A stretch of DNA of 64,000 bases from Octopus vulgaris (taxonomy: Eukaryota), in the NCBI GenBank assembly GCA_951406725.2, contig OX597817.1, positions 100,874,001-100,938,000 on the forward strand, written 5' to 3'. The position numbers and the translations under genes are program-made. The notes below the pieces were generated by a model. It ran no database searches, was not told where the DNA came from, and saw only the letters and a list, made by a program, of their open reading frames with translations. Every line of letters begins with the position of its first letter. The stretch's first letter is position 1. Of this stretch, positions 1-11,960 are shown in pieces.

Positions 1-200
1 TTTTGAAAAGCTGTACGCGAAACCGGTTATTTCTTCTAAACTATATCATTGTATGAAAAAAATTTATAACATTCTTCAGACATATTGACTCAGATATATA
101 TATATATTAACCTTTTAAAACAAGCCTTCTGTAGTTTTTTCACTTTTTACTATTTTCTATATATTCAACCACGTGCTTTCACAAACCAACTTTCTCATCT
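1..200 (+). mobile_element. 3' terminal (pLTR-like) fragment of a Penelope-type repeat carrying a hammerhead motif, ending at a (TA)n tract
   Basis: Hammerhead core at 3-28. The distal part (TTTTCACTTTTTACTATTTTCTATATATTCAACCACGTG) resembles the reverse complement of 39325-39375. Runs into (TA)n at ~200. Truncated by the window edge. Confidence 0.55.
3..28 (+). ncRNA. minimal type-I hammerhead ribozyme, U3-A8 variant (stem I cut off by window edge)
   Basis: TTGAAAA(3-9)-GC tgtac GC-GAAA(19-22)-CCGG-TT. Helix III is the palindrome ACCGGT. Confidence 0.6.
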
Positions 201-201
201 A

Positions 202-269
<68 letters not shown>
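200..269. repeat. (TA)n microsatellite, insertion site of the PLE
   Basis: Direct reading of the sequence. Confidence 0.95.
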
Positions 270-613
270 CGTCCAGACCACCAGCCCTCTTTCACACGCA
301 CATACATACTCTCTTATACACACACGCACCTTTATGTTGGTGGTCATCTTTACCTTGTTATCTCCCCTACTTTCCTCCTCGTGTTTGACCCTTCTGTCCG
401 GCACTAGTCGCCATGATAGATCGTTAGCCACTACACACACCTTTTCTTTTCTCTCTCCTTGTTTCACTCCTTGTTTTTTCTGTGTCCCTTTTTGTAGAAG
501 AGCGTAGGCTCGAAACGTAAAAGACTTTTTCTATTCCTGAGCGTTATACTAATAAATCTGTTTGTTTTGTACACCACCTGTTTTCGTCTTTTGTTTTTTT
601 CGTAAACTCTCCC
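269..613 (+). repeat. 5' pseudo-LTR (pLTR)
   Basis: Near-identical to 4468-4793 (ACGTCCAGACCACCAGCCC...CTCCC). Followed by a short TATATATAT remnant. Confidence 0.92.
484..525 (+). ncRNA. atypical hammerhead-like motif in 5' pLTR
   Basis: gtccctttt-TTGTAGAA-GAGC gtag GCTC-GAAA-CG-TA-aaagac. The C3 position reads T in this copy. Confidence 0.5.
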
Positions 614-1434
614 TATATATATCACACGCTCACGTGGTCGCACTTGTTGATCCTATCTTTTCTCACCACTACGAACTTCTCCACTGGACTCTTTACCTAC
701 TCTACCATTTACGGATTCATTTGGATACTTACCCACCGGCTGCACCTCTCCTACACACGAATCACAGTGGACTCTACTCTTGATGAGAAATCCTTGCAAT
801 ACACCACGACGTCTAAAAACCTTTGAACTTTACGTAAAGCTGCTGCTATTATTGTCATTACTTTATTTTTATATTTTCTAAACTTTCCTGTATTCTTTGG
901 TCTTTCCTTCTGTCGTCCCTTCCTTCTCTGGATGTCCTTACTCTGTTTTCTCTAGTTTGCACCCGTTATTTTGCCCCCTCTCCCTCTGTTTCCTTTCTTT
1001 TTTCTCCTCATCTCCCCCCTTTCTCCTCACTTTCTATTTATTCCATCTTCATCGCTTTTATTTTCTCCCACCTTGCATATATTTTCTTCTCCTCACGCCG
1101 TTTTCTTCTTATTATTCTTTTATTTATTTATTTATTTATTATTATTATTTATTTATTTTTTTATATATTTATTTATTTATTTTATTTTATTTTATTTTTT
1201 AATTTAATTTAATTTAATTCATTTTTTCTTAAATTTTAATTTGATTTAATTTAATTTATTTTTATTTATTTTTTAACTTTTTTTTATTTATTTTAAAAAA
1301 TTTTAATTTAATTTAATTTTATTAAAATTTTTTTTCAAGCGCTTGTGCTTCTTTCTCTCACACCTTTTGTATGTTTCCTTTCCACGTTTAATTCCCTCCC
1401 CGCTTGATTTTTTTCCTCTCCTTGTTATACCACC

Positions 1435-3646
1435 ATGCCGGACTATAAATCCTACCTCCTCACTCTCCACCATTGCCTAAAACAAAACCTCTGTTTACTT
1501 CCTTCCCACTGCTTTCAGCCGTCCATTAACCTCTCTTTACTCATTAAAAAAAACGCTTCTCTAGCCAGGTTTCATTTCTCAGTCGCTGCTTACATCACTG
1601 CCTCATCCCTAAAGGTTTCCGCTTCCATTTCTACCCCACTCTCCACTCTGCTTCATCCATTCTACCCATACTCAGTACCACATCCCAGTGGACGCCTGTT
1701 CCTGGCCAGTTCCAAGCAGTGGATCTTTTTGTGGGCGCCTCTCAGCGCGCTTTGGAGCGGTTCAACTTCTCCAGGCGCTCCCGTCACCTCAACATCTCCC
1801 CAGCCGAACTCTCGGCTTTTCGTTCCCTCCGACGGCGCACTGACATCGTTATTAAACCGGCCGACAAGGATGGAGTTGTGGTGGTATGGCGCGCGGACTT
1901 CTACAGGGCCGAAGCTCTCCGCCAACTCCATGACACCTCCTTCTACGGCCCTCTGTCCTCTGACCCCACGCCTAGCTACCAACAGACGGTCTCCTCTACC
2001 ATCCACGACCTCATCTCGTCCTTCCGTCTCCCCCACACCGCTTCCAACCTCATTGACCGAAACCCCCGCACCTCCACCATTTACTTCCTCCCCAAAATCC
2101 ACAAACCCAACAACCCTGGCCGCCCCATCGTCTCCGACTGTAACTGCCCCACCGAGCTTAACTCCAAATATCTCGACCGTGTTCTTGCCCCCCTAGTGGC
2201 TCCTCTTCCTTCTCACATCCATGACACCAACCATGCTCTTCGTCTTTTCAACTCTTTCTCCTTCCCTCCTGGCTCCTCCAAACTTCACTTTACAATGGAC
2301 ATCCAGAGCCTCTACACTGTGATTCCTCACCACGAGGGGCTGCGTGCACTTAAACACTTACTGGACCTCCGACCCAATCCCCAACCCGACACCTCCATAC
2401 TCGTTCGTCTGGCCGAACTTGTCCTCTCACTCAACTGCTTCCCGTTCGCGGGCGAGTTCTACCAGCATTTCTCGGGAGTGGCCATGGGAACGAGAATGGG
2501 CCCCAACTATGTGAACCTGTTCGTTGGCTATGTTGAGGCCCAAATATTCTCTAGTTTCACTGGTACCACTCCCGAACTATATAACCGTTATATTGACGAC
2601 TGTATCGGTGCCACCTCACTCTCCCGCGAACATCTAGACTCCTTTCTCTCTTTCGTCAAATCTTTCCATCTTGCCCTCCACTACTCCTGCACTATCTCTG
2701 ACAACTCTGTCTCCTTTTTTGACATTTCGGTCAGCATTCATCACTCCACTCTTACCACCTCCATCCACTACAAACACACAGACTCACACTCATACCTAAA
2801 CTTCTCCTCCTCCCACCCCAAACACACCAAGATTTCCATCCCCTTTTCCCAATTCCCCCGTCTACCCAGGCTCTGTAGTGACGACCATGACTTCGAGACT
2901 CAGTCTCAACTCATGACTGGGCACTTCATCCTACGTGGATATCCCCTCACCACTATCCACACCGCCCTTGCCAGAGCACGTTCCGTGGACCGTGCATCTG
3001 CTCTCTCGCCGCGAACCCGCCCTGCAGTTTGCCGCCTCCCTTTTCCCCTCACCTACCACCCCACCACCCTACCTCTCCAACACACCATTCTCCGTGCTTT
3101 CCGGCATCTCCAGTCCGACCCGTCCACTTCACACATCTTCCCTAACCGGCCCCTCCCCTCCTTCAAACGAGCCCACAACCTACGAGACCTCTTGGTTCAC
3201 AGCTTCTTCCCCAACCCTACCTCCCAACCTGGCTCGTTCCCCTGCTCCAACCCACGCTGCCGCACTTGCCCTTACCTCTCCAACATCACCCTCCTCACCG
3301 GCACCCATCATCGACCCTATCGCATCATTGACTCTTCACCTGCACCTCCAGCAATATCATCTATTGCATCTTCTGCTCTCTCTGCCATTCCCTGTACATC
3401 GGACAAACGGGACGCCGCTTGGCTGACCGGTTCGCGGAAGACCTCCGAGACATCCGCCTTGGCAATGACATCCCAGTCTCACGTCATTTCCGTTCCACCG
3501 GTCACTCCTTGCAACACCTGTCTGTGTTCGGATCGTCCTTGCACAGAGGCCATCCGGACTCCCGTTTGCGCCGTGAGCAGGGATTAAACTTCTCTCTTCG
3601 CTCATTTACGTCATTTGGGCTCAACTCTCCTCCCCTCTTCATCTAA
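1435..3646 (+). pseudogene. PLE polyprotein (N-terminal domain, reverse transcriptase, Cys linker, GIY-YIG endonuclease), two frameshifts
   Basis: ATG at 1435. The first shift is in the A8 run 1546-1553, into the frame of ORF 1719-3587 (FLSRCLHHCLIPKGF...RT...CSNPRCRTCPY). The second is at ~3333, into FTCTSSNIIYCIFCSLCHSLYIGQTGRRLADRF...GLN, ending at 3646. Confidence 0.9.
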
Positions 3647-4467
3647 CCTCCTCCCCGACTCCTACTTCTCTTCACTCCTACGTCTTTTCACCCCTACTCT
3701 CTTTCCCTCTTCTCCCTTACTCTCTTTCTCTCTTCTCTCTTTTTCTCTGCTCCCTCCCTCCCTCTCCTCCTCTCCCCCTCCCTCTCCTCCTCTCCCCCTC
3801 CCTCCTCCTTCTTCCCACTCAACTCTCCTCTCTTGCCCCGACTCCTACTTTTCTTCACTCCTACTTCTCTTCACTCCTACTTCTCTTCACTGCTACTTCC
3901 CTTCACCCCTACTCTCTTTCCCTCTTCTCTCTTACTCTCTTTCTCTCTTCTCTCCTACTCTCTTTCTCTCTTTCTCTCCCCTCCTTCCCTCTTCCCTCTT
4001 ACTCTCTTCCTCTCTTCTCTCTTTCTCTCTTCTATCTTACTCTCTTTATCTCTCCTCTCTTATTCTCTTTCTGTCTTTCTCTCTTCTCTCCTCCTCTTTT
4101 CTCTCCTACTCTTTCACCCTCTTTTTCTCTCTTCTCTCTTGCTCTCCTCTTCTCTCTCCTCACATACCCACCGTCCCCTCCCCCATAAACCCACCCACCC
4201 CTACTCCACCTTCCGTATCCTCCCCACCCCTATTCTATCCCCCCCACATACCCCACCTCTACCCCACCCTCTGCCTACCCACACACTCCAACTCTACCTC
4301 AAACCCCAGCCGAACCCACACCCCACCCGTGCTTTCTCCACTCTCGCCTCCCCCACCTCCCAACAACATTACACCACACTACACCATACAACATTACACA
4401 TCACATCACAACACACCACCCAAACACCCATCCCCACATCTTCACACCTACACATAGATACACGCAC
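3647..4467 (+). repeat. G-poor C/T-rich low-complexity 3' region of the PLE with 16-bp units (CTCCTACTTCTCTTCA)
   Basis: Almost no G on the + strand. Repeated units near 3660 and 3843-3890. Confidence 0.8.
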
Positions 4468-4790
4468 ACGTCCAGACCACCAGCCCTCTTTCACACGCAC
4501 ATACATACTCTCTTATACACACACGCACCTTTGCGTTGGGGGTCATCTTTACCTTGTTATCTCCCCTACTTTCCTCCTCGTGTTTGATCCTTCTGTCCGG
4601 CACTAGTCGCCATGATAGATCGTTAGCCATTACACACATTTTTTCTCTCCTTGTTTTTTCTGTGTCCTTTTCTGTAGAAGAGCGTAGGCTCGAAACGTAA
4701 AAGACTTTTTCGATTCTTGAGCGTTATACTAATATATCTGTTTGTTTTGTACACCACCTGTGTTCATCTTTTGTTTTTTTCGTAAAATCT

Positions 4791-4793
<3 letters not shown>
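4468..4793 (+). repeat. 3' pseudo-LTR (pLTR)
   Basis: Direct repeat of 269-613. Followed by (TA)n(GA)n at 4794-4855. Confidence 0.92.
4664..4705 (+). ncRNA. atypical hammerhead-like motif in 3' pLTR
   Basis: gtcctttt-CTGTAGAA-GAGC gtag GCTC-GAAA-CG-TA-aaagac. Stem I is GTC(C)TTT/AAAGAC and helix III is the palindrome ACGT. Confidence 0.58.
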
Positions 4794-4855
<62 letters not shown>

Positions 4856-4951
4856 CGGGGCCACGCCTGCTCAAAAGTGGAGGCTGGTGGCATTTGATAA
4901 AGCTAACGAAGATGGCGCTGATGAAAGACATGAGGCATTTTCTCACCTCCG

Positions 4952-5525
<574 letters not shown>

Positions 5526-6859
5526 TAGGTAACACTTCATATTATAGTGAGTCAAGATTACAACTTATAGAATGGTTTGCTATAAGTTTAAGAGGAAGGA
5601 ATCAATAGTTCTATTTCCTAAGTAATAATATTATTGGGTGAAGAAGCAAAATGAGACTGAGATATATTGAAAACAAATGCACAACACCTAACAGAAGCAC
5701 CATCAGACATTCAATTTTCTCGTGCACTTTGAGTTGTTGGCTCCTTTAGGAAATTACTAATGGATTTCGAATCTCCATAAGACTCATATTTAAGTTCATA
5801 CAAGAGAAGCCATGAAAAATATTCGCAGATGATCAAATATACTAAAGAAATCCCTTTAATAAAAAGAGAAAGCGAAAAATCAAACACAACAAAAACAATC
5901 TGCCTTAAAAGTAAAAGAAGCGAAAATATTAATGGTCACAAAATGTATTATTAGAGAGAGAGGTTTGTGGAGCGCCTCCAAACAGTTGTGAAGCAGTGAT
6001 TTGTTATGTGTGAAAACTTGCACTTGTTAGAGTATAAAAATACTGGAAGATTTGATGAATATCATGCTTTTCTGGAAGGAAAGCAATTATAAGCATTGAA
6101 TGTAGACTTCTTTAATCAATCAGTGATGACTTCTGTCCACTATACAATCAAATATAATGATAACATCAAAAAATTAGCATTAATGATAAAGATTAGTTCA
6201 CATCCCTAAGAATGATATCTATTGTTGCGTAATGTAAATTTGTAAGTATGGGAGTTTAGCTGGTGTAATTGACACCAGTATAATATCAATAATTAGTTCA
6301 TCGACTCTGAAGATTTGAAAGCGACATTAGAAACTGATCCAATTTGTAATCAGAATGTAGCCATCGACATAATACAATATATAATATACTTTGACTAATT
6401 TGCACTTTTGTTACTGTGATATAAATAGTCTGGGAAGTTAGAAGATGGTGACGTCAATCAATACTTTCATAATTATCATACCAGCAGAAACACTATCCAA
6501 CAGGCAAATTTCAGTTAATGATTAGCATTACACACACATGCACACATATTTGCAGCTGACGCTGCTGGTCAAAGACTGCACTTTATCGGTAGTTCCAGAA
6601 GCTGCACTTCATACTTTCCTCGGGTGCACTCCATAGTCAGCAAGACTAACTGTCCCTACATACATACATACATACACACATGCATTACATACATATAGTT
6701 CATAGATGAGATCCAGATATTCTACGGATAGACAACGCTTAGTCGGACCTTTTTACATGTATACATATATACATTCTTTATCAATTTGGGTTGCAAGATT
6801 CCTGATGTGAAATGGTATGTTGAAACAGATATTGTTGTATTTCGAGACGGCCAACTAAA

Positions 6860-8054
6860 ACCATGCACTATATATTTGTTCTTCATTCGTTTATTACTGT
6901 TCTTATTTTTTTAATATTTTTAACTCGTGTCCATTGTCTGGAAATCTTTCGTGAAACATCTCTGACCTCTTCAGCGACACTTTTCGTTTTCGTGTGTACT
7001 CTTACTCCACTTCTTACATTCTGTTCTTCTAAGATGTGTATCCTTATGTGCGCATACGTTTGCGTCCGTACTTGTGTGTGCGCGTGTGCGTGCATGTGTG
7101 TATATGTGTGTGTATGTGTGTGTGTATGCTTGTGTGTCATTGTTCTTAGTATCAGTGTGGCCTTCCCCATAACCTCGTCCTCTCACACCATTGTGCTGCT
7201 GCTGTCCTAAGACCCGAAAATTTGGAATAGTTCCTGTACCTCTCTGTGTTTGTGTGTTTGCCTACAGCTTTGCCATCGCGGTAGATGTTGTTATTGTTAT
7301 TGCCATCGTTGTCACCGCCGCTGCTGATGTCGTTGTTATTCGTGCTGTTGATACTGTTGTGGCCGTCTGTGAGATTTCTTGTGTGTGTGTGTGTGCATGT
7401 GTTCTCTTCGTATGTTGTTTGTATCCATGCCCTTTATATGGATTTATTTATTCTATCTATCTCTATTATATTTATCACAGATATGTGATAAATATATTTA
7501 TTTGTTTATTTATCTATCTATTTATATTTTTTATTTATTTTCTATTTATCTTTGTCTATTTCTGATATGTATCACAGGTATGTGAAAATATGTCTATTGT
7601 GTGTATCTGTGTATTATTTACGACTTTTTACTCTTCTCTTCCGTTCTGTCTTTAGTCATGTGGTGCGGTAGTGGATATTACTGTTCCATTCGTGTTTTCT
7701 ATTGAGGCTCGGTCTGTCTACAGCAATGTGCGTAACTTCTGTGATCTGTCTAAGTGTCATGTCAGTTTCGTGCGTCGATAATACTTTAACTTCTATGCTA
7801 CTAACTGAGCCTCTATGTTCTGCCTGAGCATGTTGGTAGAGCACTGACGAGCTTTTCTCGTCTTTGAGCTCTTGCCAATGTTCACGTATACGCTCTCCTA
7901 TGCTGCATGCAGTCTCTTCAATGTATGTAGCTGTCATGTTTCCGCACCATCTCTCAGTACATCATAAGCTATACACTACATTCCTAACCCTACAGTTAAC
8001 CCGTGGGTTCATCCTATATACAACACAATTTTACACACTACAGAGGGACTTATC
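6860..8054 (-). mobile_element. 3' fragment of a second PLE family (GIY-YIG + 3' UTR/pLTR), left arm of palindrome
   Basis: ORF 7656-7937 (ATYIEETACSIGERIREH...RPSLNRKHEW) is a GIY-YIG C-terminus. A hammerhead-like motif lies downstream at 6927-6980. Confidence 0.8.
6927..6980 (-). ncRNA. degenerate hammerhead-like motif
   Basis: Reverse complement reads gtgtcg-CTGAAGA-ggtcagagatgtttcac-GAAA-ga-TT-tccagacaatggacac. Stems are imperfect. Confidence 0.4.
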
Positions 8055-8078
8055 AAAGGGGTAGGTACTACAAATCAG

Positions 8079-8986
8079 TCACCTGTACGGAGTACAATTG
8101 TGTGGTATGTAGGATGAACCCACGAGTTAACTGTAAGGTTAGGAATGTAGTGTATAGCTTACAATTTACTGAGGGACGGTGCAGAAACATGACAACTACC
8201 TACATTGTAGAAACTGCACACAGCATAGAACATATACGTGAATATTGGCGAGAGCTCAAAGAAGAGAAAAGCTTGTCAGTGCTCTACCAACATGCTCAGT
8301 CAGAACATGGAGTCCCGATTAATAACACAGAGGTTAAAGTATTATCGACCCATAGAAATGAAACGGCACTTAGACAGATCATAGAAGCTACATACATAGC
8401 AGTAGACAGACCGAGCCTCAATAGAACACACTAATGGAACAGTAACACCCACCACCACACCACATGACTAAAGGCAGAAGGGAAGAGAAGAGGGGGAAAA
8501 GTCGTACATATTACACAGATATATAAGGGGTAATACACACACAATAGACACATATGCACTTACCTGTGATACATATAATAGAGATATGTAAAGATAAATA
8601 AATAAATATTTAAATAGATAAATAAATAAACAAATAAATCTATTTGTCACATACTTGTGATAAATATAAGATAGAGGTAGATAAAATAGATAAATAAATC
8701 CATATAAAGGGCATGGATACAAACAACATATGGAGCGAACCCGTACACACACAAGAAATTTCACGAACGGCCACAACAATATCAACAACACGACAGCCAC
8801 AGCGACAGTGACAACAATGGCAATAATAACAACACGGTGTTGCCATCGTGGGCGAACACACAAACACAGAGAAATACAGGAACTGTACTAAATTTTCATG
8901 TCTTAGGACTGCAGTAGCACAATGGGGTGACACGATGGGGCTGAGGGGAAGGCCATACTACTGCTAAGAACAATGAAACATACACA

Positions 8987-9050
<64 letters not shown>

Positions 9051-9092
9051 CATACATGCACGCGCATGCAAACATACACACGCACACACGCA
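8079..9092 (+). mobile_element. 3' fragment of the same PLE family (Cys linker + GIY-YIG + 3' UTR), right arm of palindrome
   Basis: ORF 8003-8434 reads CTEYNCVVCRMNPRVNCKVRNVVYSL...TYIVET...RPSLNR. It is an inverted homolog of ~7045-8054. Confidence 0.8.
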
Positions 9093-9399
9093 CTGATAGA
9101 TATACTCTTCAGTAGAGGACCACACAAGTCATGACGCTAGATCTAATGCCAACTGCTCTTGACACAGGCCCTTCACATCTAATCCTTTTATTTCACAACT
9201 AAATCTCACAAACTTCAAAAATAGAGTCGTGCAGATGAACGCAGCTGAAGCCACTGCATATCACAAGACTGCAATGTCAGCAAAACGATCACCATTGTAA
9301 CACAGTTTGTCTTCTTGTGGAGCGTAACATGCACTTTCAAATGCTTCCCTAAAAAGGTGACTAGAAAGTTTGAAGAATCCTGTTATTATTCATCAATTA

Positions 9400-9990
9400 T
9401 CCATCAAATCTCCATCAATAAACTTTATTTTGTAGAAGATAGTGAGCTAAAAAACCAGATCACATACAATCCTGGGCAGTGTACTACCGAAAGAATATTA
9501 GACCGAATATATGAAAAATACACAGAATTTTGTTCAATAGTCATACACTTAAAATTGTTTAGAACTTCAACCCTAATATGAAACAGATAATTGCACATGA
9601 ACCCAATGCAAAGACTGAGGTTGGTTATTTATACCGGGAACCAACAGCGTGTCTACTGAATGGAGCTTGCAAAACAGAGGCTATAATTTACGAGGAAGCT
9701 GTAAATTAACAGATACTAATGACATTTTTATGAAACGATACGTGGGGACTCATGCAATAATCCTCCATGCAGAGATTCTACAGCTATACAGCTTATTCAG
9801 AAACAGCAACAAAGGAAACGCCGCAAACCTTACAAATTATGTGTAGAAATTAAAGAGAATGTAACAGTAATTGGAATACTGTAGAAAATTCCGGCCCAGA
9901 CGTACATACCACTAAAAGACGTATGCTCTGCAATGCTGAAAAGAGAAATTCAAGGAAACCAAAATTATACCTTAATATTAAGCCAGAGAG
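9400..9990 (+). mobile_element. possible highly degenerate LINE APE remnant
   Basis: Faint motifs (KLTDTNDIF ~ LxITNTFF; SGPDVHT ~ PGADxxSDH). Confidence 0.25.
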
Positions 9991-10336
9991 ATTCCGTTCT
10001 TGCATGCATGCGAGAACATTCCTTCTTAGGATAAGACTTTTTATGAGAGCATGTTTGCAAAAATATTTTTCTCCAAATTCTCATTTATTCTTATGTATAA
10101 ATATATGTGCGCGTTGTTTGTGTATATGCGAGTGTGGAAACTATGTAGGTTCAGCGTGAAAAGATTTTGAAAGAATCACGGTTATTGGTTAGGTTTGGAG
10201 TAGTGGAGTGCAAGAATTTAATTGAATTTTTTAAAAATTGAATTATGGTAGCATTTTTGCTGAAGCGTAAAATGTTCCTTAATTTTCTGAATGGCTATGA
10301 TAATCGTTATACTAGACTTCTCTTATTTATATTTTT

Positions 10337-10337
<1 letters not shown>

Positions 10338-10405
<68 letters not shown>

Positions 10406-10872
10406 GCAAATATTCTGCTCAATACCACAGATTTGCTTGTCAGTTGTTTGACCTTAACCAGTTGAGCATGTCCCTTAGTGGCTGACGATATGTGCATCTC
10501 TGATGACGAGCAGAAGTAGTGGGGGAGCATCATAGCCATGTGTTGAGAGGGATTCTTTGGGGTTTGAATAATTCACCTCTGAAAACATGGGTGGGTTTTT
10601 CAACATCCTTAAACAACCCTTATTCAGGGACCGTTTGAGCGGGCTGGGCTACTCAACCTGAAGAAAATTCTAACTGGGCCCCACCTACAAGGTCATGTGC
10701 AGTTTATCTTGATATGAGATCACCATGCCGCGCACATATGGTTGTGATGCATGTGCCTGGTGTGCCCTTATCAGACGGGTAGTCATGATGGGTATATTGG
10801 GCTTCGTATATTTTACCCCAGTGTCACTTTGATGGCATGAACTGCTCTCTCACTCAATAATAATAATAATAA
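10338..10872. mobile_element. ~450-bp non-coding insertion (10404-10856) between (TAA)n tracts
   Basis: (TAA)n at 10338-10403 and 10857-10872 flank a block of higher GC with no ORF. Confidence 0.55.
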
Positions 10873-10899
10873 TGATTTGCGTGTGGCTTGAGTCTTGTA

Positions 10900-11960
10900 G
10901 GCATTCATTCTTCGTCATTAAACCACTTCTGGAGAGCGCCTCTATATATGATGTATGATCAGTAAAACATGTTTATTGGCAGACAGGTTTGAAATTCTAG
11001 GCGAGATATTTTTCACTAAATTATTAATATTTATCGCTTGGTTTGAATTCTTGATGGGTGGTGGTGGTGGTGGAAACTTTATACTTCTAACTTAGGAACT
11101 TAGAAGTACGAAGCTTCATCATAGCAATAAAAGGTCTGTTGTCATTAAAGAATGTGTGTACATATTCTTTGGTTTATCTGTTTCTTGTGGATTAAAGTGG
11201 CAACCAAAATTATATGATCCTTAAAAGAGAAATACGATACTCAGGTGTGAATGTGAAGATCAGAAGTTCCTTTGTGGGACTTGATTGTTGATTTCATTTA
11301 AAGCTTGCTAGTTATTTTTTATAAAAAATTGTAATGATGAGAGAAATCTATGGTATTTTTCACGGTCAAATTAGTGGTGGTTCTTAGTCTTGTGTGATTG
11401 GATAAATATGCTTAGATATCTTGATGTTATGTATTTTCATATTTGGTGTTTTCTAGAAATTATTGCCACCATTTCGGAATATAATCTTTATCCATAGAAA
11501 GTGGCTTTTTTTGAGACAGTGATGAAAGTTTGTTTATTTGTAGGCTTTGTTAAATTTGAATCAGTATTTAGAAGAAAATGGTCTAAATTGCTTCTTTTTT
11601 TTTTGTCAAATAAGTGAGGTTATCAACTGTCTTATAAATGAAGCTGCCAGTTATTTTCATTAATGAGTTTTTGTAGTTTTCTTTAGTAGGAAACAATGTT
11701 TTAGTGGAGTCGATCTGTTGTTCCTGCTCTCTGGTATTATGTAAGTTAACTATTAGAAAACCTGTGATTATTATTTGTGCCTGATTGTAGATTCAAGACT
11801 TTTATATTCTAAATTTTATGCTCAGTACTTCAGAAAGTAGAGTTGAATATATACGTTTATGAGCAGCTACATTTTCGTAATAATTCAGCTGTCCTTGCAA
11901 CTTCAAAGCAATTACATTACATCTGTGCTGAATAAGAATATCAGAAGTACAGAAGTATGC
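10900..11960 (-). mobile_element. possible very degenerate PLE RT/thumb remnant
   Basis: Scattered reverse-strand motifs LFSTDV (~11925) and KPTNKQ (~11535). No intact ORF. Confidence 0.25.

Larger units (their letters stand above)
269..4793 (+). mobile_element. Penelope-like retroelement (Neptune-like, RT + GIY-YIG) with direct pseudo-LTRs
   Basis: Direct repeats 269-613 and 4468-4793. The ORF carries PLE motifs IKPADK, YFLPKIHK, PGRPIVS, MDIQSLYT, GVAMG, RYIDD, and a C-terminal GIY-YIG. (TA)n lies on both flanks. Confidence 0.93.

Noticed and set aside
85-507. ORFs with [20 protein letters not shown], poly-N/I/T runs here and throughout (e.g. 4887-5532, 28026-28476, 33091-33491, 51995-52457)
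   Set aside because: They are translations of microsatellites that lack stop codons, not genes.
1662-2102. 146-aa antisense ORF and other shadow ORFs over the PLE
   Set aside because: Shadow frames of the C-rich RT ORF with no independent motifs.
3615-4606. 280-aa and 257-aa S/L/P-rich ORFs
   Set aside because: Artefacts of the G-poor low-complexity PLE 3' region.
10500-10525. CTGATGA as a hammerhead core
   Set aside because: No stem II followed by GAAA and no UH site.
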